Shown piece after piece: positions 47,948 through 60,321 of a stretch of 64,000 bases of DNA. The number at the start of each line of letters is the position of its first letter. The stretch's first letter is position 1. The stretch is from contig NC_087437.1 in assembly GCF_036321535.1 (NCBI RefSeq), forward strand, positions 15,254,001-15,318,000, given 5' to 3'. The translations under genes were made by a program, and so were the position numbers. Source of the DNA: Camelus dromedarius. Lineage: Eukaryota. The notes under the pieces were generated by a model. The model made no database searches and was not told the DNA's origin. It saw only the letters and a list, made by a program, of their open reading frames with translations.

Positions 47948-49619
47948 CTAGGGGAAAAAATAGAGAAAAAAAGAATTAAAATACCTAAAATACTCTCAAA
48001 AGCATTAACCATCAGTATTTCAAATACTGATAATAATAATAGGGCAAAAATAACATTGATTTACAAATGTACATCACAAACATATCTCAGAATGTGCTGC
48101 CTTACGAAGCAGGAAGGGCACTGGGTTTCATCATCACCAACAAAGATGAAGAAGCTGACTCTCAAAACAATGAAGTGGTTTTCTGGCTAAAAACACATGT
48201 GCTAGAACCAGAACTCGTAGCCACTGGATATTCCGAGAACCAGTGGGACACTCTTCCTTTTGGACATAGTCCTCAGAGAAACACCTAGAAACAAAAGCCC
48301 CATTACCCTGCAAAACTGATGAGGATTTAGGAGGAAAGACTGGAAATGGAAGGGAGAAAGGAACTTGAGTGAAAACATCAGTATGAGCCAAGGCCCTAAG
48401 ACCCCACCAGAGCTGCCCTCTGTTTGCATCACCACCGCGTGCCAGCTGCTCCAACAGCATTTTACCAAGGTACACACATACCAGTTACTGCACAAGCACA
48501 TCCTCTTTCCTACCTAAACTACAAGGTGGAAAACTCCGTAATTCTCATATTCCCTGCAGATAGAAGTAACAGAGATGCCAGAAAAACGCTGGAGACTTCA
48601 AATTTCACTCATTCCCATACCACTTTCTTGGCCAAGGTCACATCCAATCTCTAACATATACCATGTTTCTCAGTTATTTGATACCCTTTCATCCTACCTA
48701 TATTAAACATTTTCTTTAAAATTAATTCAACTTTTAAAATAAAAATTTTAAAGGCAAAATTTAATCACTTTCTTGAGTGGAAAGCAGTAATTATTGTGAA
48801 AAAATACAAGGTAACCAAAAAAACCTCAATTAAAAGGAAAACAAAACAACGTTACTAAATGCTAGCTTAACACTGCTGCCTACATCAAGGCAGAGTGAGC
48901 CAGAGCCCAGCTCATTGATTACAAAAGGGAGTAGGTGGATAACAGCAAGCAGAGGGGTGAAGGATCAGAGGTTTTCTCCATGATAGTACAAAAGAACTGA
49001 AAGAATAAAAGCAGAGAGTAACTGTCTATCAGTTGATTTACTGTTATTTAAAGTTGTGTCCAGGTGTCCCTCTAGTAATGCATGGGACATATTTCACACT
49101 TTGGAGAGAAAAAGGTACAGGGGAGGCCAATTGGAATGTAAATTTCATATTTACTGAGCCTTATACCATGAATCTGAAACACCCTGCGGTATGCAATGAG
49201 GTCAAGGTGGGGATCCCATACCTCCTGTGATATAGAAACAAATAACTGCTACAGGCATTTCTCTTGTAAAATTCGTTTTCTCACTTTTGAAATGAATCAA
49301 ATACAATCAATCATTAATTCAGAAATGGATTTGAGGCTTACAAAGGGGAAAGTAACGCTGCTTTATTTATCCTATAGAGGATACCAGATGCAATGAGAGA
49401 AAGTTAGAGGTGTGTAACAGGCTCTCCCTGCTGGCAGGACAGAAAACGCTAGCAAACATTTAGGGAGCAAGGACTGGTGGTGTTGGAGGAAGGGGCAGGG
49501 GAGGCAGGAAGGGTGGAGAAGGGTAGGAGGGAAGTGCAAGAAAGCTGGGTACAAAGCAAGCATTGGCAATTTACATAATTTACACAGTAACTGTAAATAG
49601 CTTAAATTTTGCTTGTTCT

Positions 49620-52600
49620 TAAAAAAGTCTGAGTCTTACTCTAGCCTAGATTGATGCTGTTCACAAGAGATATACCTAGAACAAATTTTTAAAATATAGG
49701 CCAGGTTAAAAAAGAAATGGAAGAAAAAACAAAGAAGTATGTACGGCAGTACTGACATCAGACAAATTAGAACTCAAGATAAAAAGATTTTATATTAATA
49801 AATTCATTAATTAATACGAAATTTAATAAGAAAAAGTTCATACTCATAAAAAACATAAGAAAATACAGTAGTGCAACTGACGAAAGAGTTTCAAATATAG
49901 AAAGCAAAAACGGACAGGGAATTGGGAGTTCGAGATTTGCAAATACTAACTACCACATATAAAATAGATAAACAACAAGTTTCTTCTGTAAAGTACAGGG
50001 AACTATATTCAATATCTTGTAGTAATCAACAATGAAAAAATATGAAAATGAATATATGTATGTATATATATGACTGAAACATCATGTTGTACATCAGAAG
50101 TTAAAAATCAAGAAGAAACAAACATCTACAATCATAGCTGGGAACTAACACCCTTCAGAAAACAAAAGGTCAAAACAGATAAATTTTATTACAGACATAG
50201 AATTTGAACAATATATTTATGGGACATGAAACGAGAGATCATCAAGAATTAGACCATTCACATTTTAAAAAATGAATTCTAACTTGAAATAATGCAGGCT
50301 ACCTCTGAGACAGGAGGGAAGGGGGCATGGTATAACCATTAAAAGAATGACACAGCAATTGAGGATATGACCATAACTGGTTAGAACCAACTCAGCCCAA
50401 GATGGTGGAGCATCAGACTTCTAGAGGACCTTGAACCTCATTATATGCTCATTATAATACATTAGCATGCTACATAACACGCCCACAGGCACCATGACCT
50501 TCTGAGGCTGACTATAAAAGGACAAAAAGTGGGTGGTGGTCAAATTCCTGCAGATCTCAACCCCTTCCCCACAAAACAGCTGGACTAATCCTACCACTTG
50601 TTAGCATATGAAATTACTGAGCCCATTAAAACTAAAAACACTGCATCCTGCTGCCTTTCTCTCACCGTGTTCTGAGACAGCCCATACTGTCAATGGAGTG
50701 TGTATCTCCTTTAAACTAAACACCCTCACATCCTGCAGCCTCTGGCCTTTGGGATGGCCTGCATTCTGCCTATGGAATGTGTATCTTCTAAGCCTCTTTC
50801 ACCTTCCTAGATGACCCCATCTCCCAGAGCTGCCTCTTGCTTTCTGACATGGCCTGCACTCTATAAAGTGTGTATCTCCTTGAATTAATCTACTTTCACT
50901 CTACTATGGCTCGCTCTTGAATTTTTTTCTGCACAAAATCAAGGATCCTCACTTAGCAGGGTGCATCCCAGGGACTCACCGGAGACCCGGGACACACCCA
51001 TTCTCTCACGTCCCATTTTCCTGCAACACTTTCTCTGAACAAATAACCACAATAAAGAAATAAAGTATAAGGTGATGATTATTTGAAAAGATTAATGAAA
51101 CAGTTAAACTCTTTTGCAAGACTAAAGAAAAAAAGAAAGGAAACACAATTACCAATATTAGGAATGAAGAGGGAACATTACTACAAATCTTACAGATGTT
51201 AAAAAAATAATATGAATAACTTAATGACAATAAATTCAATAACTTATAGAAAAATCCTTGAATTTACCAAAACTGACGAGAAGAAATTAAAAATCCAAAT
51301 AACTAAAACCTTCCCCCAAAGCTCCAGGTCCACATGAATTCTATCAAACATTTAAGAACAATATAAAACCAACCTTGCACAAACTCTTTTAGAGAATAAT
51401 CAAAGAAAGAATTTCCTAACTCCTAAGTTACACTGATATTAAAACCTGATGAAGACATTGTAAGAAAATCACAGACTGACCTCCTTCATGAAAGTAGACA
51501 CAAACGCTCTCCATAAAACATTAACAAACTGAGTCCAGTAATGAAGAAAAAAGAATAATATATCATGACCAAGTGTTTATGAAAGGTGAACTTTTAAAAA
51601 TCAATATAATTAAACACATTAACAGAAAAAAGACAAAAATCCAGATCATCTCAATAGATGCAGAAAAAGCATTTGGTAAAATCCAGAGTCTAATAATGAC
51701 CCCCCCCCAAAAAAAAACCCCACCAAAACAATAACAAAAAACCACTGTCAGCGAACTAGGAAGAGAACTTCTCAGTCTGGTACAGAGCATCTACAAAAAC
51801 GCTACAACTAAAACAAACAAAACCCACTACAGCTAACATCATACTGAATGGTGAATTTAAATTCTTATTTCTAAGATCAGAAACAAGGCAAGGATGTCCA
51901 CTTCCAAGGTTCTATTCAACCTTGCACTGGAAGCCGTAGTCAGTGTGTAAGACAAGACAAAAACGATGGAAGTTAGAGAGGATGAACTACAGCTCATTAT
52001 TCAGATGATAGGATTATGTATGTAGAAAACACTATAAAATCTAAAGCACTACTAAAACCAATTCATGAATTTAGCAAAGTCTCAGAATTCAAGGCCAATA
52101 TTAAGAAATCAACTGTATTTCTATATATTAACAATTAGAAAATAAAATTAAAAAATTAATACCATAACATTAAAAATTGTCAGTATCTAGAAATAATTCT
52201 AATTAAAGTGAAACCTCTACACTTGAAAACTATATGACATAGTTAAGAAAAATTGAGAGATGACCTACGTAAGTGGAGAGATACCACTCTCTCAGATAAG
52301 CCTCAACACTATTAAGAAGTTTCTCAAATTGATCTACAGACTTCAAGTAATCCTAATCAAAATCTTAACAGTTTAGAAGAAACAAATTAATTCTAAAATG
52401 AAATTTAAATGTCAAAACAATCTTGAAAAAAAAAAGACAATGTTGGCAGACTCACATCACCTATTTCACAACATGATGAAGAGCTAGAGTAATCAAGACA
52501 GTGTGGTATTGGTGTAAGGGTAGATGTATCAATGGAACAGAAGAGAATCTAAAAATAAGCCCACAAATGGAATTTTAGCAAGGGTACAATGGCAATTCAA

Positions 52601-53800
52601 CTAAACTGATGCTAAACCAAACGGATAAAGGTACAGGGGGAAAATCTTGAGCTCTATCTTACATATCACACAAAAATGACCCAAGATAGCTTACAGACCT
52701 AAATGGAACAGCTAACACTATAAAGCTTCTAAAAGAAAATGTAAGTGAATATGTTCATAACTTGGGTTAAGCAAAGATTTCTTGGACTGGCCACACAAAC
52801 CATGGACCCAAAGAGAAAAAAACTGATAAACTGGTCATCATCAAAATTAGAACTTGTTTCACAAAAGACATTAAGAAAATGAAGTTCAAGTCACAAACTG
52901 GGAAAAAAGATTCACAACAGATCTATCTAAAATGTCTTGTTTCTAGAAGATATGAAGATCTCTTATGTCAAAAGTAAAAGACAGCCCAATTAAATAAAAC
53001 AGGCAAAAGATATGAACATATATTTCGTAAGAAAAGATGTGTAAATGGACAATAGGCATAAGAAAAGGTGCTAAATATCATTAGTCATCTGCAAAATACA
53101 AATTAAAACAATGAGATACCATTTCCGCCCACCACATGAATGACTAAATGTTGGCAAGAATGAGGAACAAGTGTAACTCTCATACATTCCTGGGAATATA
53201 AAAATATGCAACTACCTTGGAAAACTGGAGGTTTCTTATAAAGTTAAGCATATGCCTATTCTATGACTCAGTAATTCCACTCCTAGCTAATTATCCAAAA
53301 GAAATGAAAACATGTGATTTCACAAAAAAACTTCTATGTGAATGTTGATAGCATTTTTATTCAGAATAGCCAAAACTGGAAACAACAAAAAAGTCCATCA
53401 ACAGATGAATGAATAACCAAATGTGGTATATATTCATACAATGGAATACTCTTCAGCAATGAAAATAAACTAACTGTTGAGACTGTAACAAAAGGGACAA
53501 ATCTCACACACCGTATGTGTGAAAGAGCCATACACAAAGAGGATACCCTACATAGTTATATTTACATAAAGTTTTAGAGTAGGCAGAATTAACTTATGGT
53601 GATAGGAATCAGATCACTGTGGTTGCCTGGGAAAGAGACTGGGTGGGAGACTGGTGAACTGATTGCAAAGGGAACTTCCTAGGATGATGGAAATGTTCTG
53701 TATCTAACGGGTGGTAGTTACACAGGTGTATGCATTTTTCAAAACTCAACCAACTGTCCATTTAAAATCTGCACATTTCATTATAGGTAAACTTATTTTT
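49620..53800 (+). mobile_element. Long degenerate L1 (ORF2 to 3'UTR), interrupted by a younger L1 3'UTR piece (about 49915-50100) and an LTR
   Basis: ORF2 motifs atcatctcaatagatgcagaaaaagcatttggtaaaatcca, aacaaggcaaggatgtcca, aagacagtgtggtattgg; old L1M-type 3'UTR at 53550-53790. Confidence 0.88.
50306..51028 (+). mobile_element. ERV1 solo LTR, MER41-like
   Basis: TG...CA termini; ccaagatgg...ctcattatatgctcattataatacattagcatgcta...cccacaggcaccatgac and tactttcactctactatggctcgctcttgaatt closely follow the recalled MER41 consensus; TSD imperfect (cctc/cttt). Confidence 0.75.
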
Positions 53801-54655
53801 TTTAAAGACGGGAAAAATGAGCCAACAATAGTTTTTATAAAGCTTGAATACCATAGACTGTTACCAGCATCAACATAACAAGTTTTAGAAAATTGAAACT
53901 TCAAACATCTTCCACAGGGAAATAAAGAATTCTGTTTCCACTAATAAATAACAGCTATAATGTTATTACTTGTAATAATAACAATAATGTGTAAATATTT
54001 AAGTTTTCCAGACAGTTCAAACTGTCAAGAACACCCAGGGGTTCTGTAAACTCAACTCCCCATAAAGCTCCTTCTCAGTATCTTGGCTGCCTCATTCACT
54101 GGAAATTCTGGAACCAGTTCATAAAATTTCTGTACAACCTTCTCCTGTGACTTATTATGGTAGTCTCCCAACATCCTTGAAACCAACCGACTCTCAACCT
54201 GTCCTTCAATGTTCCTTTTATTCCTCAACTCCAACAACCTTAATCCATACCAAAGCAACCCATTTCTATGGACAGTGGCAATATATAAATTGTTCTACCT
54301 TCAAAATCTTGAACTGTAGTATCTCAATAGTTAGTAGCTCTTCAGCTCCTTCCCTTTATTGTTACAACAGCTGTTTTCTGGGCTCATAATATGTAGTGTC
54401 CATAATCTTCTTGTTTCTCCCATTCAATTGTAACAATCATTTCCTCATTTTCTTCTTATTGGCCTCAACTCCAGCTACTGTAATGACTTTCTCACCAGCA
54501 CCCTCAACTTTCCCCCACAGCCTATGTCAGATATGCATACCCTACCCTTTAAACACCCAATCTTGAAGTGACTTGGCTCCTCTACTCCCTGTTTTCTCTG
54601 GTACTACATCCTGGATAAAGCTATTTCCACAAATGTCACTACAGAGTCAACATCT

Positions 54656-54750
54656 GAGGAGTGGCCAAGATGGCAGAATAGAGGGAGCCTAAGCTCACCT
54701 CCTTCACAAGCACTCCAAACTCACAACTAACTGCAGAACAACGATTGATG
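54656..54750 (+). mobile_element. Isolated L1 5'UTR start fragment
   Basis: gaggagtggCCAAGATGGCagaatagagggagcctaagctcacctccttcacaagcactccaaactcacaactaactgc resembles laurasiatherian L1 5' ends (YY1-type motif). Confidence 0.65.
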
Positions 54751-57700
54751 ACAGTCACTACAAAATCTTGACTTCTGTGCTCAACAAATAAATTAATATT
54801 CTTAAGCTACTGACACCTTGGAGCCCTATGATCCATATCTATAAACACTTAATGGCCACCAAGATAAACTGAAAATTTGAAATCCACTACCCTAGACTGA
54901 GGTACTGAAACTGTAACACAGACGTTAAACAGAGTTGCTGTTTCCTGACTAGATTCTGAAACCATTTGTTTTGAAATACAGCCACTCTTTATTAACTACA
55001 GTAGTTATTCCTTGGTTGAAAGGGTCTGAATTTCTTCAAAGAAACCATTAAAATGAAATACAAATTTTCACCTATCAAATTAGCAAATGCACTGTTTTGT
55101 CATAAGACAGTTTCCTGTAACACCAATTAGCTTACATGTGGTTAGTAAATAAAATAATGATACTAGTGTAATACAGAAATTGTGTCAGTTCACATTTGAA
55201 TTTCCCCAGGCAAGGGGAACTGAACAGCAGGTAAAGAATTACAACTTTCAGTGGAAAACGAAAAGACCCTCGTTCAGTTCAAGTACTGCCAGGCCTATTT
55301 TAAGAAAACTAAAAATGAGCACCCAGGGCCCCCTCCCCAGAGGAGTACTGCCAGTCTCTGCATGGTTCCTGGACCTAGCAAGCTGCACTTCCTCTTACGC
55401 CTAACCTTCATGGCAGCCCCACTGGTTTAGAAAGCTACTTTCATCTGCACTATCTCAAGGTCATGCAAGCCAGTGATTTCCATCCTATTACGTTGTAACA
55501 TCTTTAACTCTCTGAAGCAGCCTCAGCCAACCTACGTGGTTTGACTGGGCTGCCCAAGTTAACGCATAAGGTACCAAATATGATTTTGTTAGTACTTGGT
55601 TTGAAAACTGCAGAGGTCTTCAGTGGTCTGCCCTTAACCTTATTTTTCCCATAAATCTTGTTATTTTTAATGACATGGTGATTTTGAAGGTTTTTTTGTT
55701 TGTTTAATTTTTAGGACTGTATTTGATGTTGTAACAGAAATGCTTATATTCTTTCAATACAATACTGAATGTGAGGCAGGGTGTGCCAAGCAACCAATTT
55801 GTGAACATACATCAATGTTTTATAAATATTTACACTCCAACTCAGTAAGTCCACTTCTAAAAATCCATCCTAAGGAAACCAAATATAGATACAAATGTCT
55901 ATGTATTAAAATACTAATCAAAATAATATTTAAAATTGAAGAAACAATATAAATGTCAGCAACAGAGTAGCAATTAATAAACTATAATACAGCCATAAAA
56001 GGGAAAACAACAGTTTTCAACAGTTTCTCTTTCTTTGGAGAAGGAGGTGGAACCCCAAGCCATTACACCCTTTCAGTCAAATCTCTCCCTGTTCATCAAT
56101 GTGACATACTGCGCTTCTCCTTTGAAGACAAGTTTTAATGACTAAAAAACACTGAAAAAGACTATGAAGCCATAATAGGACAGTTATAAATTTTAATGAA
56201 TTGAGCTTTGCTTAGAATGGTACAGCAAATAAGAACAAGGAAAGGTACAAACTTACATAATGCAAATTTTTAACAATGTCTGGCACCCAGAATAGTTTGC
56301 ACATAAAACAGGTGTTCAACAAATGTCTAGCAAATTAAAGTTAAATGTATATGTACAATGTGTATGTTCCACTTCTCAAATAAGAAAGGAAATACCAAAA
56401 AGTGTGAACAGTTGATTATAAATGGTGGATTACGGATTATTCTTATTGCATGTTTTTATTCTTTTTCTTCTCTTAAATTTTCTGTGAAAGTTAAGTTAAA
56501 CTGGGAAAAATAAAAACTGGTTTTCAAAAACATATTAACTTCCTTCAACTTCATTTTAAAATATTCAACCAAAAGGTGAAATTTGGCAAAGCACTGTGAA
56601 CTGAAAAGAAAAGATCAAATCTCGGAAAGAATTTCCACATGCACCACTGACGATGGGGCTGAAGTGAGAAGAAAATCCTTGGACTACGCATGCTCACTGT
56701 CTGAATGAGGATAACATGGGAAATCCTGAAGATGACGGGGAAGGCAACAAACAAGATTTAGGCCAGGAACTGTATTCCCATTCAAATGCTCAACATATGC
56801 AAAGACAACAGATTCTCAGACGGTCTCAGAAAATATACTAACTATGTATTCTTTCTCCCAAAAAGTTACTCCAAAACACACTGAGAAGAACACTTTTATT
56901 TTCAACAGGAGATAACCATTTTATACTGAGAAGTATACTTCTTGTATGACAATTTGAGTGTAATCATGGATCTTTATGGCTCTAAATCAAAATGCAAAGA
57001 GTCCAAAAAATCCCAATATTAGAAATGCAAAGAGAACCCAATGTAAGTACAACCTGCCCAAAATATTAGAACTATGAAAAGAACCCCATGTAAGTATAAT
57101 CATGGTACAAAACTATCAGTCTATGATACTAACATGCAGAGGATATATGTATGTGTGTGTATATACATATATATATCTCCATAATTAATATAGCTAAGTG
57201 GACAGATAGACACACCAAGATAGTACTCTAAAGGAAATTCAATTCTCTTGAAGCATCCATAAAAGATTTAGAAAAAGTGATCAGCTATAAGGAAAACAAC
57301 AATCAGTTTTATAAAGGAGAAGATGTTCAGACCACAATCTGACCACTGGTAAGGAGACAGAAAGGAAGGGAAAATGTTAGTATTATAGACTTTGAAGTAC
57401 CATCTATCTCAAAGAGTCACCCGTATTCTAAGATTTCAACTATATATAGACAAATGAGAACATGGAAAAAATATTGGAAAGATATTTACCAAAGACTGCC
57501 AATGCATGGTTAATAATGTATACTTTTCTTCCCTTTTATGGTCTTGTACACTTTTCAAATGGCCTATAATAAGTATGTTTTTACTTTGATAATCAGGAAA
57601 TAAAGTTAAAATAAAAAGAATTTTAAACAAATTGACTTTTAGAAAAAGATGAAATCTGTAGAGAATGTCATACTTTATTTCTGTATGTAATATTTTTCTT

Positions 57701-58439
57701 TCCTTCCCCATCATATGCTCAAAAACAATTTTTAAGAAAGAGAAACATAAAAGACAAATGAAGATAGGATCTAAATAATCTACCTTTCTAACTGCTACTA
57801 ATTATTAGTGTTTCCAATACAAAAATAATAATTAAATGAAGTCTCAAAGCAGGGGTAGTAGATGTCAGGGGTTATCATTGTCTGGGAGTGGTGTGGTAGG
57901 CTCCACAGAAGTGAAGTGGGCAGTGAGGAATGGTTAGAGAGGCAGTGAGGGAAACAATTTATTCAGTAATGCTTTACTGAGCCAGTTCTGCAGCAAGCCA
58001 GAAAGTAACACTCTAGGAGATCAGGACCCAGAGCCTGGTTCCAGCAGCAGTGAGTGACTGAGAAGAAAGGCTGAAGTGCCCTGATCAGAACAAGGAAGTT
58101 CTAAGGACTGAGAAGAGGACCAAGTCTGAAGTGGCCATTTCAATGAGTGCCTTATTTGGAAAAGAGACCTGAGAAGTGAGACACCAGCATGGTCAAAGGA
58201 GTAACAACTGAGAAGGTTTAATATCCTTTGGAATTAAGAGAGGGAAATAATGAAAACAAGGGTATTAGTACTGAGGATCATCTTGCATCCGAGTGACTCC
58301 AACAACCCTAATGGGTCAAAGGTCATCTAAGTAACTATCACTGATGTCAAAAGAGAAGACGATACTGAGTCACTGTCCTGGGACAAAACAATCAAAGTAG
58401 GAAAGGAAGGATATAATGTATGATAAAAGCTGGTCCCTT

Positions 58440-60321
58440 AATGAACAATCCAAAAAGGAAATTAAGAAACAATTCCATTTATAATAGCATCCAGAAGAAT
58501 AAAATACCTAATAATAAATTTAAAGATGGTGAAAAATTTATATACTATGAAACATTGCTGAAATTAAGGAAGACCTAAATAAATGGAAAGACATCTCATC
58601 TTCATGGATTAGAAGACTTACTACTATTATTGTTAAGGTGGCAATACTATCCAAAGGGATCTGTCAGTGCAATCCCTATCAAAATTTTAACTGCCTTTTT
58701 TGCAGAAATGGAAAGCAGATTCTCAAATTAATATGGAATTGAAAGTGGCCCCCAACAGCCAAAACAATTTTGAAAAAGAAGAACACAGTTGAAAGATTCA
58801 CACTTTCCAATTTCAAAGCTCATCACAAAGGCACAAAACCAAAACAGTGTGGTACTGGCATGATAGACATCTAGACCTATGGAATAGAATTGAGAGTCTG
58901 GAAATAAACCTACACATTTCCAGCCTATTGATTTTTGACAAGAGTGCCAAGACCATTCAGCAAACGGTGCTGGGACAACTAGATATCCACACACAGAAGA
59001 CTGAAATTAGACCCCAACCTCACATCGTATATAAAAACTAATTCAAAATGGATCAACAACCTAAATATAAGGACTAAAACTACAAAACTCTTAGAAGAAA
59101 ATAAAGGAGTAAATCTTCATGACCTCAGATTCATCAGTGGGTTTTTAGATATGACACTATAGTCAAGAGCAACAGAAAAAAAGTAGATAAATTGGACTTA
59201 ATAAAAAACAAAAACTTCTGTGCATTGAAAGACATTATGAAGGTGAAGAAAAACTAGGGAATGGAGAAAATATTGTAAATTATGTATCTGATAAGACAAC
59301 TCAATTTAAAAATGAGCAAGAGGGTGGGGATAGCTCAGTGTTGGAGCACATGCTTAGCGTGCACAAAGTCCTGAGTTCAATCCCTAGTACCTCCATTAAA
59401 AAAAAAAAAAAAAAAAAAAAAGAGCAAGGGACTGGAATAGACATTTCTCCAAAGACACACAAATTGTCAACAAACACGTATCATTAGTCAGTAGGGAAAT
59501 GCAAATCAAAACCACAATGAAATATCACTTCACATCTACTAGGATAGCTTCAATTGAAAAACAAACACACAATGAGGCATCACTTCACATCAACTAGGAT
59601 AGCTTTAATTAACAAAACAGAAAACAGCAAGTGTTAGTGAGGATTTGGAGAAACTGGAACTTCTGTACATTGCTGACAGGACTGCAAAATGGTCCAGCCA
59701 CTGTGAAAAAGTTTGGTGGTTCCTCAAAAAAGTTAAATGCAGAATTCCCATATGACCCACAATTCTACTAGGTATATATCCAAAATTGAAAACAGGTACT
59801 CAATCAAGTACTTAACAAACATGTTCATAGCAGCATTATTCACAAAAGAAAAGATATACAAACAGCCCAAACGTCCATCAACAGATGAATGGATAAACTG
59901 TGTTATATACATAGAATGCAGTATTATTCAGCCATTAGAAAGGAATGAAGTACTGACACAGGCTACAATGTGGATGAATCCCCAAAACATTATGCTAAAT
60001 AAAAGAAGCCAGATACAAGTGGTCTCATATCATATGAGTCCATTTACATGACATATCCAGGATAGAAAATCCAAAGAAATAGAATGTAAGTTGGTGGCTG
60101 GTGGTTGTCAAGGGCTGGGGAGAGAAGGAGATGAGAAAAAACTGCTTAACAGGTGAGGAATTTTACTTTAGAGCAATGAAAACGTTTTAGAACTAGTCAG
60201 AAATGGTGGCTGCACAACATAGTAAATGTACTAAATGTTACTGAATTACTCACTTTACAGTGGTTAATTTTGTCATGTGAATTTCACCTCAACAAATTAT
60301 TATTTTTTAAAAAGGAAAGAA
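58440..60321 (+). mobile_element. L1 (L1MB-like) ORF2 C-terminus and 3'UTR, 5'-truncated
   Basis: Peptides WYWHDRHLDLWNRIESLEI and KQPKRPSTDEWIN; TSD aaaagctgg at 58425-58433 and 60322-60330. Confidence 0.9.
59321..59421 (+). mobile_element. Short tRNA-Ala-derived SINE (Vic-1 type) inserted in L1
   Basis: tRNA head followed directly by an A-tail of about 24 nt; TSD gagcaag at 59314-59320 and 59422-59428. Confidence 0.9.

Noticed and set aside
48660..49110. Possible hAT-Charlie DNA transposon relic
   Set aside because: Resemblance too weak to name a family or set boundaries without a search.
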